IMG/VR virus record: IMGVR_UViG_3300032277_000077
Span: 1-24,348 of that record
Length of the DNA: 24,348 nt
Reading direction: 5' to 3' (one strand)
Source: a virus
Taxonomy: Duplodnaviria; Caudoviricetes
Positions 7,354 through 17,048 of the stretch are shown piece after piece (the stretch's first letter is position 1; every line of letters starts with the position of its first letter). The position numbers were made by a program, and so were the translations under genes. The notes under the pieces were generated by a model. The model saw nothing but the letters and a program-made list of their open reading frames with translations. It searched no databases and had not been told where the DNA came from.

Positions 7354-8564
7354 TCGTTTTGCTCTCCTGTCATTCTGCTTTTCATCATTACTGTGCCATT
7401 AGTAATATTTAAAGTATCACCACTAAAAAAATGCCTAGCCCTGATTCTGCATTCATGTGATGTTTTTTCAATACCCAGAAAAGCCTCTGTATCAACAGTA
7501 AAATAGTTAGTATATGAGTTGGTTCTAATACTTGTTATTAATGTTTTAACTACTCTCCAAGTACCTGCTGATGCACTACCATAGGGGTGGTGATATATTC
7601 TAGTTGGTATTGTCGAATGAATGACCTGACCGCCTGATGTGGAAACGTCAACATAAGTTCTTGGCTCTGTAAGATACAGATTAACATTATCAACAGCAAT
7701 TAAATTTCCTTGTGTTGCGGAATCGTTTTCAATAATTACGTAAACAGAATCATAATCTATCTTAACATTGTGCTGTGAACTACCGCCTGCTGAACTAATA
7801 AAACCTGTAAAAAAAGCATCAGCAATATCACTGCTTGTAGACAAATGAAACCTTGCATTAGCACTAGATTGGGAGTAAACAGTTTTATCAAACCTGTAAG
7901 TCTTACCTGCTGTCGTAGTTACTTGCTGATAAATATGCGCTTTATCTGCTGTTGCATCTTGCACAATTTGACCATATACACCATATTCACTTGTAAACGT
8001 ACCGCTTACAGAAGTCCAATCGTTAGTGTTAGCAAAACTGTTATTAGCTACTAAATTATTAGCAGTAAGCGCATAAAATTGTTCAAACCTGAGATTCCTA
8101 TAAGCTCTGTAGGTTGATGTGGTACCCACCTCACCAGTGCCAAATCTGTTTAAATAATTTCCTGTAATATATGCTCGCTGATAGCTGCCTGACTGAAAAC
8201 TTTCGTGTGTGAAAACGCCAATGTCTCTATAAGTTATTGAGTCTGGAACTTTGACTTCAATGTATAGATAAACTGTACTTCCGACAGTTGAAGATGTGCC
8301 TGTGTATAGTGTGCCATTAAAGGTAGCTTGAATGCTTTGTGACTTAACTAGTTCTAGTTCTGGCGTAGGAAAATCAAACTCATGCAAGGTTACATAAGTA
8401 TTGAAGCCGATACTCTGTCCGCTAAACTTATTAAAATACTGCTCCTCTGTAGCACCTTTAAACTTATTAGCCGTCAGAGAGTCAGTCTTAACTTGATCTG
8501 CTTCAATAGAGCCATCAACTATTAGTGCGCCAGTTATGTACTTTGGTCTTTGTACTAGTGCCAT
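7350..8564 (-). CDS. Putative receptor-binding/tail tip fibre with carbohydrate-binding-like domain
   Basis: N-terminal IVDGSIEADQVKTDSLTANK resembles J-type trimer repeats; internal NLVANNSF...WT...YQQVTTTAGKTYRF...VDNVNL resembles a CBM4/9-like jelly roll. Confidence 0.65.
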   Translation of the reverse strand: MALVQRPKYITGALIVDGSIEADQVKTDSLTANKFKGATEEQYFNKFSGQSIGFNTYVTLHEFDFPTPELELVKSQSIQATFNGTLYTGTSSTVGSTVYLYIEVKVPDSITYRDIGVFTHESFQSGSYQRAYITGNYLNRFGTGEVGTTSTYRAYRNLRFEQFYALTANNLVANNSFANTNDWTSVSGTFTSEYGVYGQIVQDATADKAHIYQQVTTTAGKTYRFDKTVYSQSSANARFHLSTSSDIADAFFTGFISSAGGSSQHNVKIDYDSVYVIIENDSATQGNLIAVDNVNLYLTEPRTYVDVSTSGGQVIHSTIPTRIYHHPYGSASAGTWRVVKTLITSIRTNSYTNYFTVDTEAFLGIEKTSHECRIRARHFFSGDTLNITNGTVMMKSRMTGEQNE

Positions 8565-11176
8565 TAGCCTGGATACCTCGCAAAAGTCAAATAAAAATCA
8601 GGCGACTCTATTGTTTCTGTACCATTGCTAATTTGTAATTTATATGTATCCATAAAAAAGAAGCTACTATTGAAATATGAACTATTGAGTTCAAATCTAA
8701 CAAAAACATTGGGTCTATCTATTAAGGCATCCATTTGAGTAGCTATATTGTCAAACAAACCATCTTCATAGATTACTTCGCCATCGACTACTGTACCATT
8801 GCCATCTAAAGGTCTTACTGCATTTCCTGTTGTGTAAAATGTTGCGGTTCCCATAGTTCTAAAGTTATGTGTTGATGATGAGGAGCCTTCTGCTACCATG
8901 ACAAGATTATATGTATAAGTTGAACGCAGTCCAAAGGCATATTGTGCATTAAAGAAAATATCAATAAACATTCTTGAAGAATTAGGTCTTATTGGTGGAT
9001 TTCTCAGGGCATTACTTACATTTACCAGTTGTGCGTACGTGTGTTTTAAGTCGTCTTTATATTCAAAACTTATTGAATCTACTACATTTCCACTACTATC
9101 TACCTGCTGAAAAATTATCTCATCACCGCCTACAGGTGGATTTCCGCCATTTGCTAAAGTTATTTCTTCTTCTGTCGGCTCTGTTAATGCATTTTCAGTT
9201 TCAACAAATATGACAGGTGCTTGGTCTGGCTCTATAACTATTCTTCTGTGGTCTTCGCTTATAGTAAACTCAGAAGAAGCTATGTCAGAATATACACCGC
9301 TAATGTTTACTGCTTGGCAAGTGACCCTAAAAATTCCTTTACGCCTATCGACTAAATCAATTAGGTGATTGACTCTAAAGCCAAAGTCTCTAGTCAAAGT
9401 AAACTCTTGAGAGTCAGTTAAGTATCTTTGATGCCCTGATGCGCCACTGTAAGGTAATTTGTAAACGTGAATCTGATAGTGCGTTATATATGGGCTAGGA
9501 TTATCGTTGATGCTTAATTGTAGTTTAGGTGTAGAGTTACCATCGTCATCCATCACAACATAAAACCCTGCATCAATGCTTGTTGGCGCATCAACAGTCT
9601 TACCGTCATAGCTATTAACGCCTTGCGTAGCAGGCACATCTATCGCAGAAGATGTATCATAAATGGTTGCATTAGGGTCATCTTCGACAGCAGTTATATC
9701 AACATATACACCAAGCTCAGGGTCAGGAATAATCTGCAAGTGCTGAATCTCAAAAACCTTTTCTACATAACCAAACTTGCTGTAAGTAATTTTGACGTTA
9801 TCACCTACCTTAAATCTCATGCCTGTGAGGTTTAGCTTAAGGTTTATGGTTGCTTGTTGCCTAGACTTACCTAATGTGACATAAGCTATTCTTTGCGCCC
9901 TAAAATGATTGGTTGTCATTGGCAGGTCTACATCTAATGTAAGAATCTCACCATCATCTGCAATGTAAGTTGCCACGTCTCTTATCGGGTAGTCAGTAGC
10001 AACATAGTTAGCATCTTCATTATTAAATTGACCTTTGACCGTATTGTACTGATTGCGTCTTGATGTCTTGGTTGATAGGCTAATGCCGCCAATCATCATA
10101 TCCTCTGTTATTGTTGTCGATTCGCTCACCTTTGAATCGCCTACAGCAGACATAAAAAAAGCACCTGATGAATAGTAAAGTTTACCTATCATTGTTGAAA
10201 GGATGTTTTCAATGTTTGTAGATAGCTTATTACCTGAATCAATTACACCATCGCAAGTGTATCGCTTGTGCGTAGTGCTAAGGAAACTTACATCATCATC
10301 ACAAATGTTTATGCAGGTTTCTAAGGCATCTAAATTGAAGCTGTCCATTGGCTCGCCTAAACCATAAACAGGGTCTCTCATGTAATCTAATAAGCATAAA
10401 GCAGGGATATTAGAGAATGTCCAAGTCTGTGGCTGATTTTCCCTATGAGATGAAACACCTAAACTAGAATCATATATATCTGAAGTGCTGTCTTTTCTTG
10501 GGTCGTAAACTTTTCTGCCATCTACGACAAAAGATACATTAGGCATACCGTTTGCAAACTTTTCCTGATCGTATCTAAGGCGTACCATGACATAAGCAAT
10601 ACCCTGTAACTTATGAGATGAAGTCCAAGCAGGATTAAAATCAGAATATAAACTAGGGTCATGTGACGTTTGTGAGCCGTCATAAAACTTCATGTATACG
10701 TAGGGTGACTCTGTTGCGCTAGTGCTTGCCCACCCTGACTCATAAGTGAACGTATTAGTAGAATTGTTATAGGTAGCTACTAATTCATCGTTGAAATAAA
10801 CCTGATGCAATCCCTCTAACGCGGCAACAGGATTATTGTTATAAGAATAAGTATGCGCTGTGTCAGCTATAGCGTAGGCGTGATATAAATACTGATTCCC
10901 TTGCCCCTCAGTGCCAGAAAAAACAATAGTTCCACCAACTCTAGTTCTACCGTAAATTAAACGTCTAGTAGCTACTGAGTTTTTGGCTGAGATCGTTGTC
11001 CCGCCCTGACCTGCATTTAAAGTAGGAATCTCACCTTTAGGCATCAAGGCTCTTGATACTGCACCTAACGCAGTGAATGCCGCAGTAGTAGCAACAAAAG
11101 CACCAAGAGTCATGCCACCTGCCGCTATTGCCGCGCCTGTTGCTGATATTAAACCCGCTACTAATGATACTGCCAT
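8564..11176 (-). CDS. Tail tip/central fibre hub protein (lambda J / GTA-like)
   Basis: 870 aa; RRLIYGRTRVGG, LQGIAYVMVRLRYD, GRKVYDPR, NIPALCLLDY and YTCDG motifs; follows Dit and L-like genes. Confidence 0.85.
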   Translation of the reverse strand: MAVSLVAGLISATGAAIAAGGMTLGAFVATTAAFTALGAVSRALMPKGEIPTLNAGQGGTTISAKNSVATRRLIYGRTRVGGTIVFSGTEGQGNQYLYHAYAIADTAHTYSYNNNPVAALEGLHQVYFNDELVATYNNSTNTFTYESGWASTSATESPYVYMKFYDGSQTSHDPSLYSDFNPAWTSSHKLQGIAYVMVRLRYDQEKFANGMPNVSFVVDGRKVYDPRKDSTSDIYDSSLGVSSHRENQPQTWTFSNIPALCLLDYMRDPVYGLGEPMDSFNLDALETCINICDDDVSFLSTTHKRYTCDGVIDSGNKLSTNIENILSTMIGKLYYSSGAFFMSAVGDSKVSESTTITEDMMIGGISLSTKTSRRNQYNTVKGQFNNEDANYVATDYPIRDVATYIADDGEILTLDVDLPMTTNHFRAQRIAYVTLGKSRQQATINLKLNLTGMRFKVGDNVKITYSKFGYVEKVFEIQHLQIIPDPELGVYVDITAVEDDPNATIYDTSSAIDVPATQGVNSYDGKTVDAPTSIDAGFYVVMDDDGNSTPKLQLSINDNPSPYITHYQIHVYKLPYSGASGHQRYLTDSQEFTLTRDFGFRVNHLIDLVDRRKGIFRVTCQAVNISGVYSDIASSEFTISEDHRRIVIEPDQAPVIFVETENALTEPTEEEITLANGGNPPVGGDEIIFQQVDSSGNVVDSISFEYKDDLKHTYAQLVNVSNALRNPPIRPNSSRMFIDIFFNAQYAFGLRSTYTYNLVMVAEGSSSSTHNFRTMGTATFYTTGNAVRPLDGNGTVVDGEVIYEDGLFDNIATQMDALIDRPNVFVRFELNSSYFNSSFFFMDTYKLQISNGTETIESPDFYLTFARYPG

Positions 11177-11628
11177 TATTCGCCTATATATTTACTGTAG
11201 ATGCGCTCTATCTGTTTGAAGCCCATACGTTCTAATAGTTTGTCAAACGGCTGATGTATCTTCGTATTTATTATCATCAAAGACACGCCCATTTGCGTTA
11301 ATTGTTCTTCTGCGTACTTTATCAGTTTATAGCCTGCACTACCATTCCTGTGGTCAGGGTGTATGAAGATAACATCATTAATAGCAAACTTGTGGTCTTG
11401 ATAGTGCATAGATGTGCTTACTGTTACAGCAAAGTAACCGACTAGCTTACCATCTTGCCTCGCAGTAAATAGCTTTAGGATGCCTGATTCATCAAGATTA
11501 ACGTACTCAGCCCAGTTTGGATTGAGTTTGATTTTGTCTTTGTTTAACGCTATTAGTTCCCAGTGTAATTCTAACAGGCTTTGCATTTCTTTCTTAACAA
11601 ATACTAGCCTCTCTAATGCAAACTCCAT
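11176..11628 (-). CDS. GNAT-fold acetyltransferase-like protein
   Basis: DGKLVGY strand, motif A-like IFIHPDHRNGSAGYKLIKYAE, C-terminal LERMGF. Confidence 0.75.
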   Translation of the reverse strand: MEFALERLVFVKKEMQSLLELHWELIALNKDKIKLNPNWAEYVNLDESGILKLFTARQDGKLVGYFAVTVSTSMHYQDHKFAINDVIFIHPDHRNGSAGYKLIKYAEEQLTQMGVSLMIINTKIHQPFDKLLERMGFKQIERIYSKYIGE

Positions 11629-11638
11629 GAACTTCCCC

Positions 11639-12226
11639 TTATGCGTTTCGACCCCATACAGACACTTGCTCTTGAATCTCGTTAACTAAATCTAAGCCTC
11701 TGTCACTGCTATAGTAGTTTTTCTGGTCTTGATGTGTATATCGTCTGCTATGTGTTCTGCCAAGCCTTACTAGGTTGCTTTCAGCGTTTAACTTAATGTA
11801 TGCGCCATCACCGCTATCCTCGACAGTCATTATGTCCATTCTGCCGTCAAACAAAGTTATTAGCTTCTCACTACCTGCGTTACCGACAATGTTACCGTCT
11901 GCATCTAGCAAACCTAAATAAACCTTAATGCTCTTATTTTGATAGTCTTCTGTTACGGCTTTTGTTAGCAAGTTAGTTGCTCCCGCATCTGATGAAAGGG
12001 CTAATGTTAATGTGATACCTGTTGCACCTAAATCACTTGTTTCTTCAACACCGCCAAAGCCTAAGATGCCACCCGCCCCAATATAGTTATTACCGTTGTG
12101 GCTTATATTAGCACCTGTGCTATTCATATATACAGGACTAGTGAACATAGCATCAATAAACACAACAGGTCTTACAACCTCGTTATCTAAATCTTGCCAG
12201 ACTGTACCGTTTACGTCTCTGCCCAT
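11639..12226 (-). CDS. Minor tail tip protein (lambda L / DUF2163-like)
   Basis: YIGAGGILGFGGVEET, LFDGRMD and RRYTHQDQKNYYSSDRGL motifs; position after Dit. Confidence 0.7.
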   Translation of the reverse strand: MGRDVNGTVWQDLDNEVVRPVVFIDAMFTSPVYMNSTGANISHNGNNYIGAGGILGFGGVEETSDLGATGITLTLALSSDAGATNLLTKAVTEDYQNKSIKVYLGLLDADGNIVGNAGSEKLITLFDGRMDIMTVEDSGDGAYIKLNAESNLVRLGRTHSRRYTHQDQKNYYSSDRGLDLVNEIQEQVSVWGRNA

Positions 12227-12228
12227 AA

Positions 12229-12840
12229 TTACACGCTATGAAATGAAAAAGATATTTTATGTCCCTCTGTAACATCAACACTGAAGCCAGTCTTGTTGTC
12301 CATGAGCCTGAAAGTTCCAATAGGATTAGTAGTGATTAAATCTTCACCAGTGCTGTAGCTTATATAATTTGCTCTAGGGGATACATTATGTTCATCATTA
12401 ATGTTACCGCTATAGTCTTCGCTCATCATAAATAATCTTCTACTGCCTGCGCTACCCAAGCTAAAGTAGGTGCCTCTAGTTAGACTGTGGTCAGGTGTAA
12501 CACCAGTTTTAGGTCTTATATGTATATGATTCTGTGTGCTGAATGCAGAGTTTAACTCATAGTGATTGGAAAGGTTTTGCGGTATAGCAAACTGGAAAGT
12601 CCCTCTCCTGCCTTGTACGGAGTTTAAAAAGCCGCGCATATTTCTAGCATCTTCACCATACAATGGTCGGGTCGTTATTGTGCCTTCCCATCTGTCTGCG
12701 CCATAGTCTTGAATTTGCTGTGCAAAACTAAAAGGTGACTCAGATACGCCAACTTTATTAACTAGTGCTAGGTTGTAAGATTCTATTAGCGTTCTACCGT
12801 CACCGCCAATAGGCATAAATACTGGAAAAGTTACTGACAT
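12229..12840 (-). CDS. Distal tail protein (Dit-like)
   Basis: ESPFSFAQQ...RWEG...FLNSVQGRRGTF; immediately after the tape measure gene. Confidence 0.65.
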   Translation of the reverse strand: MSVTFPVFMPIGGDGRTLIESYNLALVNKVGVSESPFSFAQQIQDYGADRWEGTITTRPLYGEDARNMRGFLNSVQGRRGTFQFAIPQNLSNHYELNSAFSTQNHIHIRPKTGVTPDHSLTRGTYFSLGSAGSRRLFMMSEDYSGNINDEHNVSPRANYISYSTGEDLITTNPIGTFRLMDNKTGFSVDVTEGHKISFSFHSV

Positions 12841-12842
12841 TA

Positions 12843-14552
12843 TTAGTTCCCTATTGATCTGGCAAAAGTACCACCACGCATAGCTGACTCTGAAACAGCT
12901 TGTTTTGCGCTCTGTGCAATCTGTGGCATTAGGTTTTGTATCTCTGCGCGGACTGTTTGTTGAACGCCAGTGGTTACATTGATTGTTTGATTAACAACTA
13001 CGCCACCCATTCCCTGACCTTTAGTGTGGTCAATGACAGTCTCGTTAGGATGCAGTATAGCAGGGAATCCACCTTTACCATCTAATCCACCTGCCCTTGC
13101 GCCTGAGCCAGTGAAGCCGCCGCCATTTAAATTCATTTTGAACGCAGACATATCGACTGTGCTACCAAACGGCTTTTGCGTTATATTTGTCAAAGCACTG
13201 CCAGTGGTTGTGGTTGTTGGTGCGCCAAAGCCGCCTACAAATCCTTTTATAGCTTCAAAAAGTGGGGCAGTGATGTAATACTGAACAAGCATTTTAGTAA
13301 GGCTATCAACAACACTTTTAGCAACATCTTTCATTCCATCAGCGAAAGACTTAGCCCCTGTGATTGCATCTGTAAAGCCTTTAGTGAGACTGTTAGAAAG
13401 AACATTAGCAACACTAACCATGTTTTCCTGTAGTGACGGGATAGCATCTTCTGCGGCAGAAATACCATCTTTCCAATCATCCCAGATATTTCTATTGTCT
13501 TTTGTGTTAATACTGTTTTTAATTAATGATTCATCTAGAGGTGCAAGACTGTTTTTGAATTTCTGTATGCTTAGTGCGGCATCTAAAAAGAATCCACTGA
13601 CAGTGCCAACATTTGTGTCAAATTGTATGTCAGTTATCTCGCCATCTTCCATCAACTGCTTTAACCCAAGATAGAAAAATGTAACCCTATCAGCCGCTTT
13701 TTCAAATCCCTGTGCAACTTTTGCAATACCGCGTATCAAAGATATAAAGCCATTGAGGACTTTTTCCCTAATGATTTCAGCAAACCTTGTCATGTTGCCG
13801 CCAACAGCATCAATCTGCTTGGCTAATTTGTCTTTTAGCGCAGTTGCTAGACTTTCTATTACTGGTGCGAATGCTCCTACTATCTGGTCTCTAACGCCTT
13901 TTAAAATAGCAAATAACTTAGTAATTGCATCGTTTGCCTTTTCAACGCCTTTAGCGGCACTAGAAGACATAACAATGCCAAGCGTTTCAGCTTCTTTAAA
14001 TAGTTCCTGTAAGCCCTCTTTCCCTAAAGCTAGGGTATTGACTAAAGAAACGCCCTCAGAGTCAAACAGCTTCATAGCTAGGCGCACTTTATCGGCAGAA
14101 TTTACTTGCTTGTCAAACGCCTCAGACAGAGCAATCATCTGCTCATCTAAGGGCATAGTAAGCAATTCTCTTGCGTTAATGTTTAATTCTTTGAGCGCGC
14201 CTTTTGCTTCACCAGTTCCTCTTGCCGCCTCAGCAGTTCTGCGTACAAAACGCTGCAATGCCATATCCATAGTTTCTGTAGATACGCCAGTCAGTTCAGC
14301 CGCGAACCTCATCTTACTCAGTTCTGCTGTGGTCGTGCCTATCTTAGAGGCTGTTTTAGCTAATGTGTCTGTTGCGCGTAGCGACTGCCTAACCAGTAAG
14401 CCTAAACCTGCTACACCTACAACACCTGCAAGCGCAGTCTTCATGCTTAGTACGGCAGAGCCAACAGCCTTAATGCCTCTAGCGGCAGAGGCTAATGCGC
14501 CTTTAGTTTTGTCAAAGGCTTTAATGGTAATGTTTAAATTTTGGTTAGCCAT
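12843..14552 (-). CDS. Tail tape measure protein, 569 aa
   Basis: Ala/Leu-rich helical protein, N-terminal ITIKAFDKT, C-terminal GGGFTG...GGLDGKGGFPAILHPNETV. Confidence 0.9.
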   Translation of the reverse strand: MANQNLNITIKAFDKTKGALASAARGIKAVGSAVLSMKTALAGVVGVAGLGLLVRQSLRATDTLAKTASKIGTTTAELSKMRFAAELTGVSTETMDMALQRFVRRTAEAARGTGEAKGALKELNINARELLTMPLDEQMIALSEAFDKQVNSADKVRLAMKLFDSEGVSLVNTLALGKEGLQELFKEAETLGIVMSSSAAKGVEKANDAITKLFAILKGVRDQIVGAFAPVIESLATALKDKLAKQIDAVGGNMTRFAEIIREKVLNGFISLIRGIAKVAQGFEKAADRVTFFYLGLKQLMEDGEITDIQFDTNVGTVSGFFLDAALSIQKFKNSLAPLDESLIKNSINTKDNRNIWDDWKDGISAAEDAIPSLQENMVSVANVLSNSLTKGFTDAITGAKSFADGMKDVAKSVVDSLTKMLVQYYITAPLFEAIKGFVGGFGAPTTTTTGSALTNITQKPFGSTVDMSAFKMNLNGGGFTGSGARAGGLDGKGGFPAILHPNETVIDHTKGQGMGGVVVNQTINVTTGVQQTVRAEIQNLMPQIAQSAKQAVSESAMRGGTFARSIGN

Positions 14553-14694
14553 CAGAATCCTTTAGTAACGTGAAGTAAGCCATCCACTCATTGAACTCAG
14601 TAACGCTTATCTGCTCTACTTCTTCAATAGTCTTATGTAGCCGATCAGCCAGAGATATTAAATTCATTCTATGGTGATCGGTTCTTAGTTTTTT
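14545..14694 (-). CDS. Tail assembly chaperone frameshift extension (lambda T-like, -1 frame)
   Basis: A AAA AAC heptamer at 14694-14688 before the TAA; the -1 frame stays open (LRTDHHRMNLISLADRLHKTIEEVEQISVTEFNEWMAYFTLLKDSDG) to TAA 14547-14545, overlapping the tape measure ATG. Confidence 0.8.
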   Translation of the reverse strand, partial: KKLRTDHHRMNLISLADRLHKTIEEVEQISVTEFNEWMAYFTLLKDSDG

Positions 14695-15032
14695 GCTAAA
14701 TCTTCCTCAGACTCGATCTCAGCAAACATCTGATTAGCAATCTCACTAATTACAGTTGTTTCTTCTGACATCAACTCAACGCGGTCTTCAATCCCATTAA
14801 ACAACTTAGCACCAGTATCGTCTTGCGCTTTCATAATGATTAAATCAACCATAGCACTGATAGTGGTGTTAGTCATAAAGTCAGGGTGTTTCTTCTGTAG
14901 CTGATTTAAATCAAAGCAAGTTATAGGCTTGCAATATAATTTAAATGCACCAGACTCATCACCCCACTCTGGAACCACGACTTCCCTTGTCTTAATCTCT
15001 CTGCGTTCTCTTAACTGTTTAGCCATTCCCAT
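14685..15032 (-). CDS. Tail assembly chaperone (lambda G-like)
   Basis: Between tail tube and tape measure; VPEWG motif; ends at a slippery site; GGAG RBS. Confidence 0.8.
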   Translation of the reverse strand: MGMAKQLRERREIKTREVVVPEWGDESGAFKLYCKPITCFDLNQLQKKHPDFMTNTTISAMVDLIIMKAQDDTGAKLFNGIEDRVELMSEETTVISEIANQMFAEIESEEDLAKN

Positions 15033-15049
15033 GATTTATACTCCCCGTA

Positions 15050-15439
15050 TTAAGCTACTGTAACTGCTGTGGTTAGCTGTAGTGAAAAACTAGCTTCTAC
15101 CATGCCATCATAAGATGCTGTTACTGTCTTGCTTGTTACAATACCTTGACCGCTATAGTTTTCACCAGTTGCGCCAGTTGGTTGAACTTGGAAATAAAGC
15201 GTGTCACCTACGTCAAAATGGTCTTGCTCGCTAGTGCTTGCAGAATCCCATAGTGCATCAATACTTACTGTTCCTGTTGTGAAGCTAGGAACAAAAGTTC
15301 TGTTAGTGTCACCCATAGAAGTTGATTCAATAGTATCAGCAGTTTCTTCGATACTGAATGAACGAACCTCGCCCACTGCTGTTACGGTGCTAGTTGTACC
15401 TACTCCAACAATGCCTGAATTACCCGCATAAGCTGTCAT
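15050..15439 (-). CDS. Major tail tube protein
   Basis: GEVRSFSIEETADTIESTSMGD...YDGMVEASFSLQ; synteny; GAGG RBS. Confidence 0.8.
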   Translation of the reverse strand: MTAYAGNSGIVGVGTTSTVTAVGEVRSFSIEETADTIESTSMGDTNRTFVPSFTTGTVSIDALWDSASTSEQDHFDVGDTLYFQVQPTGATGENYSGQGIVTSKTVTASYDGMVEASFSLQLTTAVTVA

Positions 15440-15457
15440 TTTTCTTACCTCATAAAG

Positions 15458-15892
15458 TTAAAGTGTACCGCGCTGATACCTATACAGTACACGCAGTGTA
15501 ATAATTACGCCCCCAACAGGGGCAATCGAACCCTCATCTGTTTCAATGCTAACAACCTGCGTATCTATGGCATAGCCGCCTCGCGTTCTGTCAGTATCCA
15601 AACTCTCTTCTACAGCCTCTATAATGTTGTTTCGGGCTGTGTCGATAGCTTTACTTTTTACAAAGCAAACTAACTCATAATTTATTGTTCCCATGCGGCT
15701 AGACATAGAGCCACCTAGTGTATCATCTTCTCTGTCTTCACCTGCACTTCGCACTAGTATAGCAGGAAACTGAGCGTTCGATAGCTTCTCAAATTCAAAC
15801 GGCTCTCTGGTTACGTATTTAACGCCTAAGGGCGAATTAATCGCACTAAGGGTATCAGTTAGGTTGACCGCTATGTCTTCTCTAATGCTCAT
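15458..15892 (-). CDS. Tail terminator / tail completion protein
   Basis: 144 aa acidic protein before the tail tube; SIREDI...FPAI...DRTRGGYA pattern. Confidence 0.65.
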   Translation of the reverse strand: MSIREDIAVNLTDTLSAINSPLGVKYVTREPFEFEKLSNAQFPAILVRSAGEDREDDTLGGSMSSRMGTINYELVCFVKSKAIDTARNNIIEAVEESLDTDRTRGGYAIDTQVVSIETDEGSIAPVGGVIITLRVLYRYQRGTL

Positions 15893-16311
15893 TTAATGTA
15901 CCTGAAAAACACCTCAGCAAGCTGTCTTTCTTCTTTTCTGTTAAATCCAAAAAACGGTCTCGTCTTATTGTTGATAGCCGCTTTCTTCGCTTCTTCGCCT
16001 CTAGTAAAAAAGATAGTAGCTTTCTTATCTGTAGCCTTACTGGTCATAGAGCCTAACATTCGCCCTGTGAACTGTAGGTCTACATCTTTGCCGCGACCTT
16101 TTTTCTTTCTAAATATTCTGTATTTTTCAGTATAAGGCTTAAATCTACCTGCCTTAAAACCAACACCACTTTCAGTCCTGCTTTCAATGATGTTGATGCC
16201 CTCTTGGGCAGTTATAGATAACGCTCTTTTAAGGCTCTGCTTTACGTCTTTGCCTTTTTGCTTTAATGCCTTTTCTACCTGCTTGGCATTAGTCTTTATA
16301 TTGACCTGCAT
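15889..16311 (-). CDS. Neck/tail completion protein (virion morphogenesis family-like)
   Basis: Basic; VDLQFTGRMLGSM and RPFFGF motifs; synteny. Confidence 0.65.
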   Translation of the reverse strand: MQVNIKTNAKQVEKALKQKGKDVKQSLKRALSITAQEGINIIESRTESGVGFKAGRFKPYTEKYRIFRKKKGRGKDVDLQFTGRMLGSMTSKATDKKATIFFTRGEEAKKAAINNKTRPFFGFNRKEERQLAEVFFRYIK

Positions 16312-16724
16312 TATCTACTTAATCTACCGCTATGGATAGACTTTTTCTCGTCTTCTGTTACGACACTATCATTATCAGCATCGTACTCAATGCCATCTCT
16401 TAGAATGCTTTCTAGCTCTTCGCCATAACGCGACTTGTAGAAAGTAATCATGCTCTGGAATCTGTCGCCATCAACCCAGTTAGTCAACTGAGGCAATGCG
16501 TACTTCCACAACACCAAGTAAGATGCACATCGTGTAAACTGTGAGTCTGTCAGGTATGCGCTGTTTAGCTCTCCTGATAACCCTTTCTTGTCCCACCATT
16601 CGATTCTAAGGTCACGTAGAATATCGTTCTGTGCCTTAGTATGCTCAGCAGTGAACGAGTCAATGCCTAGCTGTAGGATGTCAGGCACTAAGTCTTGTAA
16701 ATCTGTGTCTGTTGAAAATGCCAT
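16311..16724 (-). CDS. Head-tail adaptor/connector, 137 aa
   Basis: MAFSTDTDL start coupled by TAATG to the upstream stop; size and position after the capsid gene. Confidence 0.6.
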   Translation of the reverse strand: MAFSTDTDLQDLVPDILQLGIDSFTAEHTKAQNDILRDLRIEWWDKKGLSGELNSAYLTDSQFTRCASYLVLWKYALPQLTNWVDGDRFQSMITFYKSRYGEELESILRDGIEYDADNDSVVTEDEKKSIHSGRLSR

Positions 16725-16999
16725 TACCACTTCACCTTATCTGCCCAGTAAGCCCCAGACATCTTGCCTTTGGCTATGTTCTTTGCATGGCGCGCTTTGA
16801 ACGCCTTGCGCTTTGCTTTATCTGCCGCAGATTCGTTCTTTCTAGGTGGCTTGTTATCTGCCCCCTGCTGTCCAAATCTAATCAGCTTAATCTTATCTCC
16901 TTCTTTAGCTAATACAGCGTGAGACTTAGTCGCATGACCAGATGTTCTTTTGGGCTTGTTGTAGCCACTGAACCTTTCGCCTCTATATGTAATCGCCAT
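16724..16999 (-). CDS. Highly basic hypothetical protein, 91 aa
   Basis: GAGG RBS before ATG 16999; KLIRFGQQG...FKARH...SGAYWADKVKW; K/R-rich. Confidence 0.8.
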   Translation of the reverse strand: MAITYRGERFSGYNKPKRTSGHATKSHAVLAKEGDKIKLIRFGQQGADNKPPRKNESAADKAKRKAFKARHAKNIAKGKMSGAYWADKVKW

Positions 17000-17009
17000 A
17001 TTAACCTCA

Positions 17010-17040
17010 GAAAAAGAATAGCCCCCACCTAAGCAGGGGC
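17010..17040 (-). terminator. Intrinsic terminator/attenuator after the major capsid gene
   Basis: GCCCCTGC-TTAG-GTGGGGGC followed by TATTCTTTTT. Confidence 0.75.
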
Positions 17041-17048
17041 ATTCAGTC

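Noticed and set aside
13753-14565. 270-aa plus-strand ORF
   Set aside because: Antisense shadow of the Ala/Leu-rich tape measure gene; TTG start, no motif, Ser/Ala-rich mirror composition.
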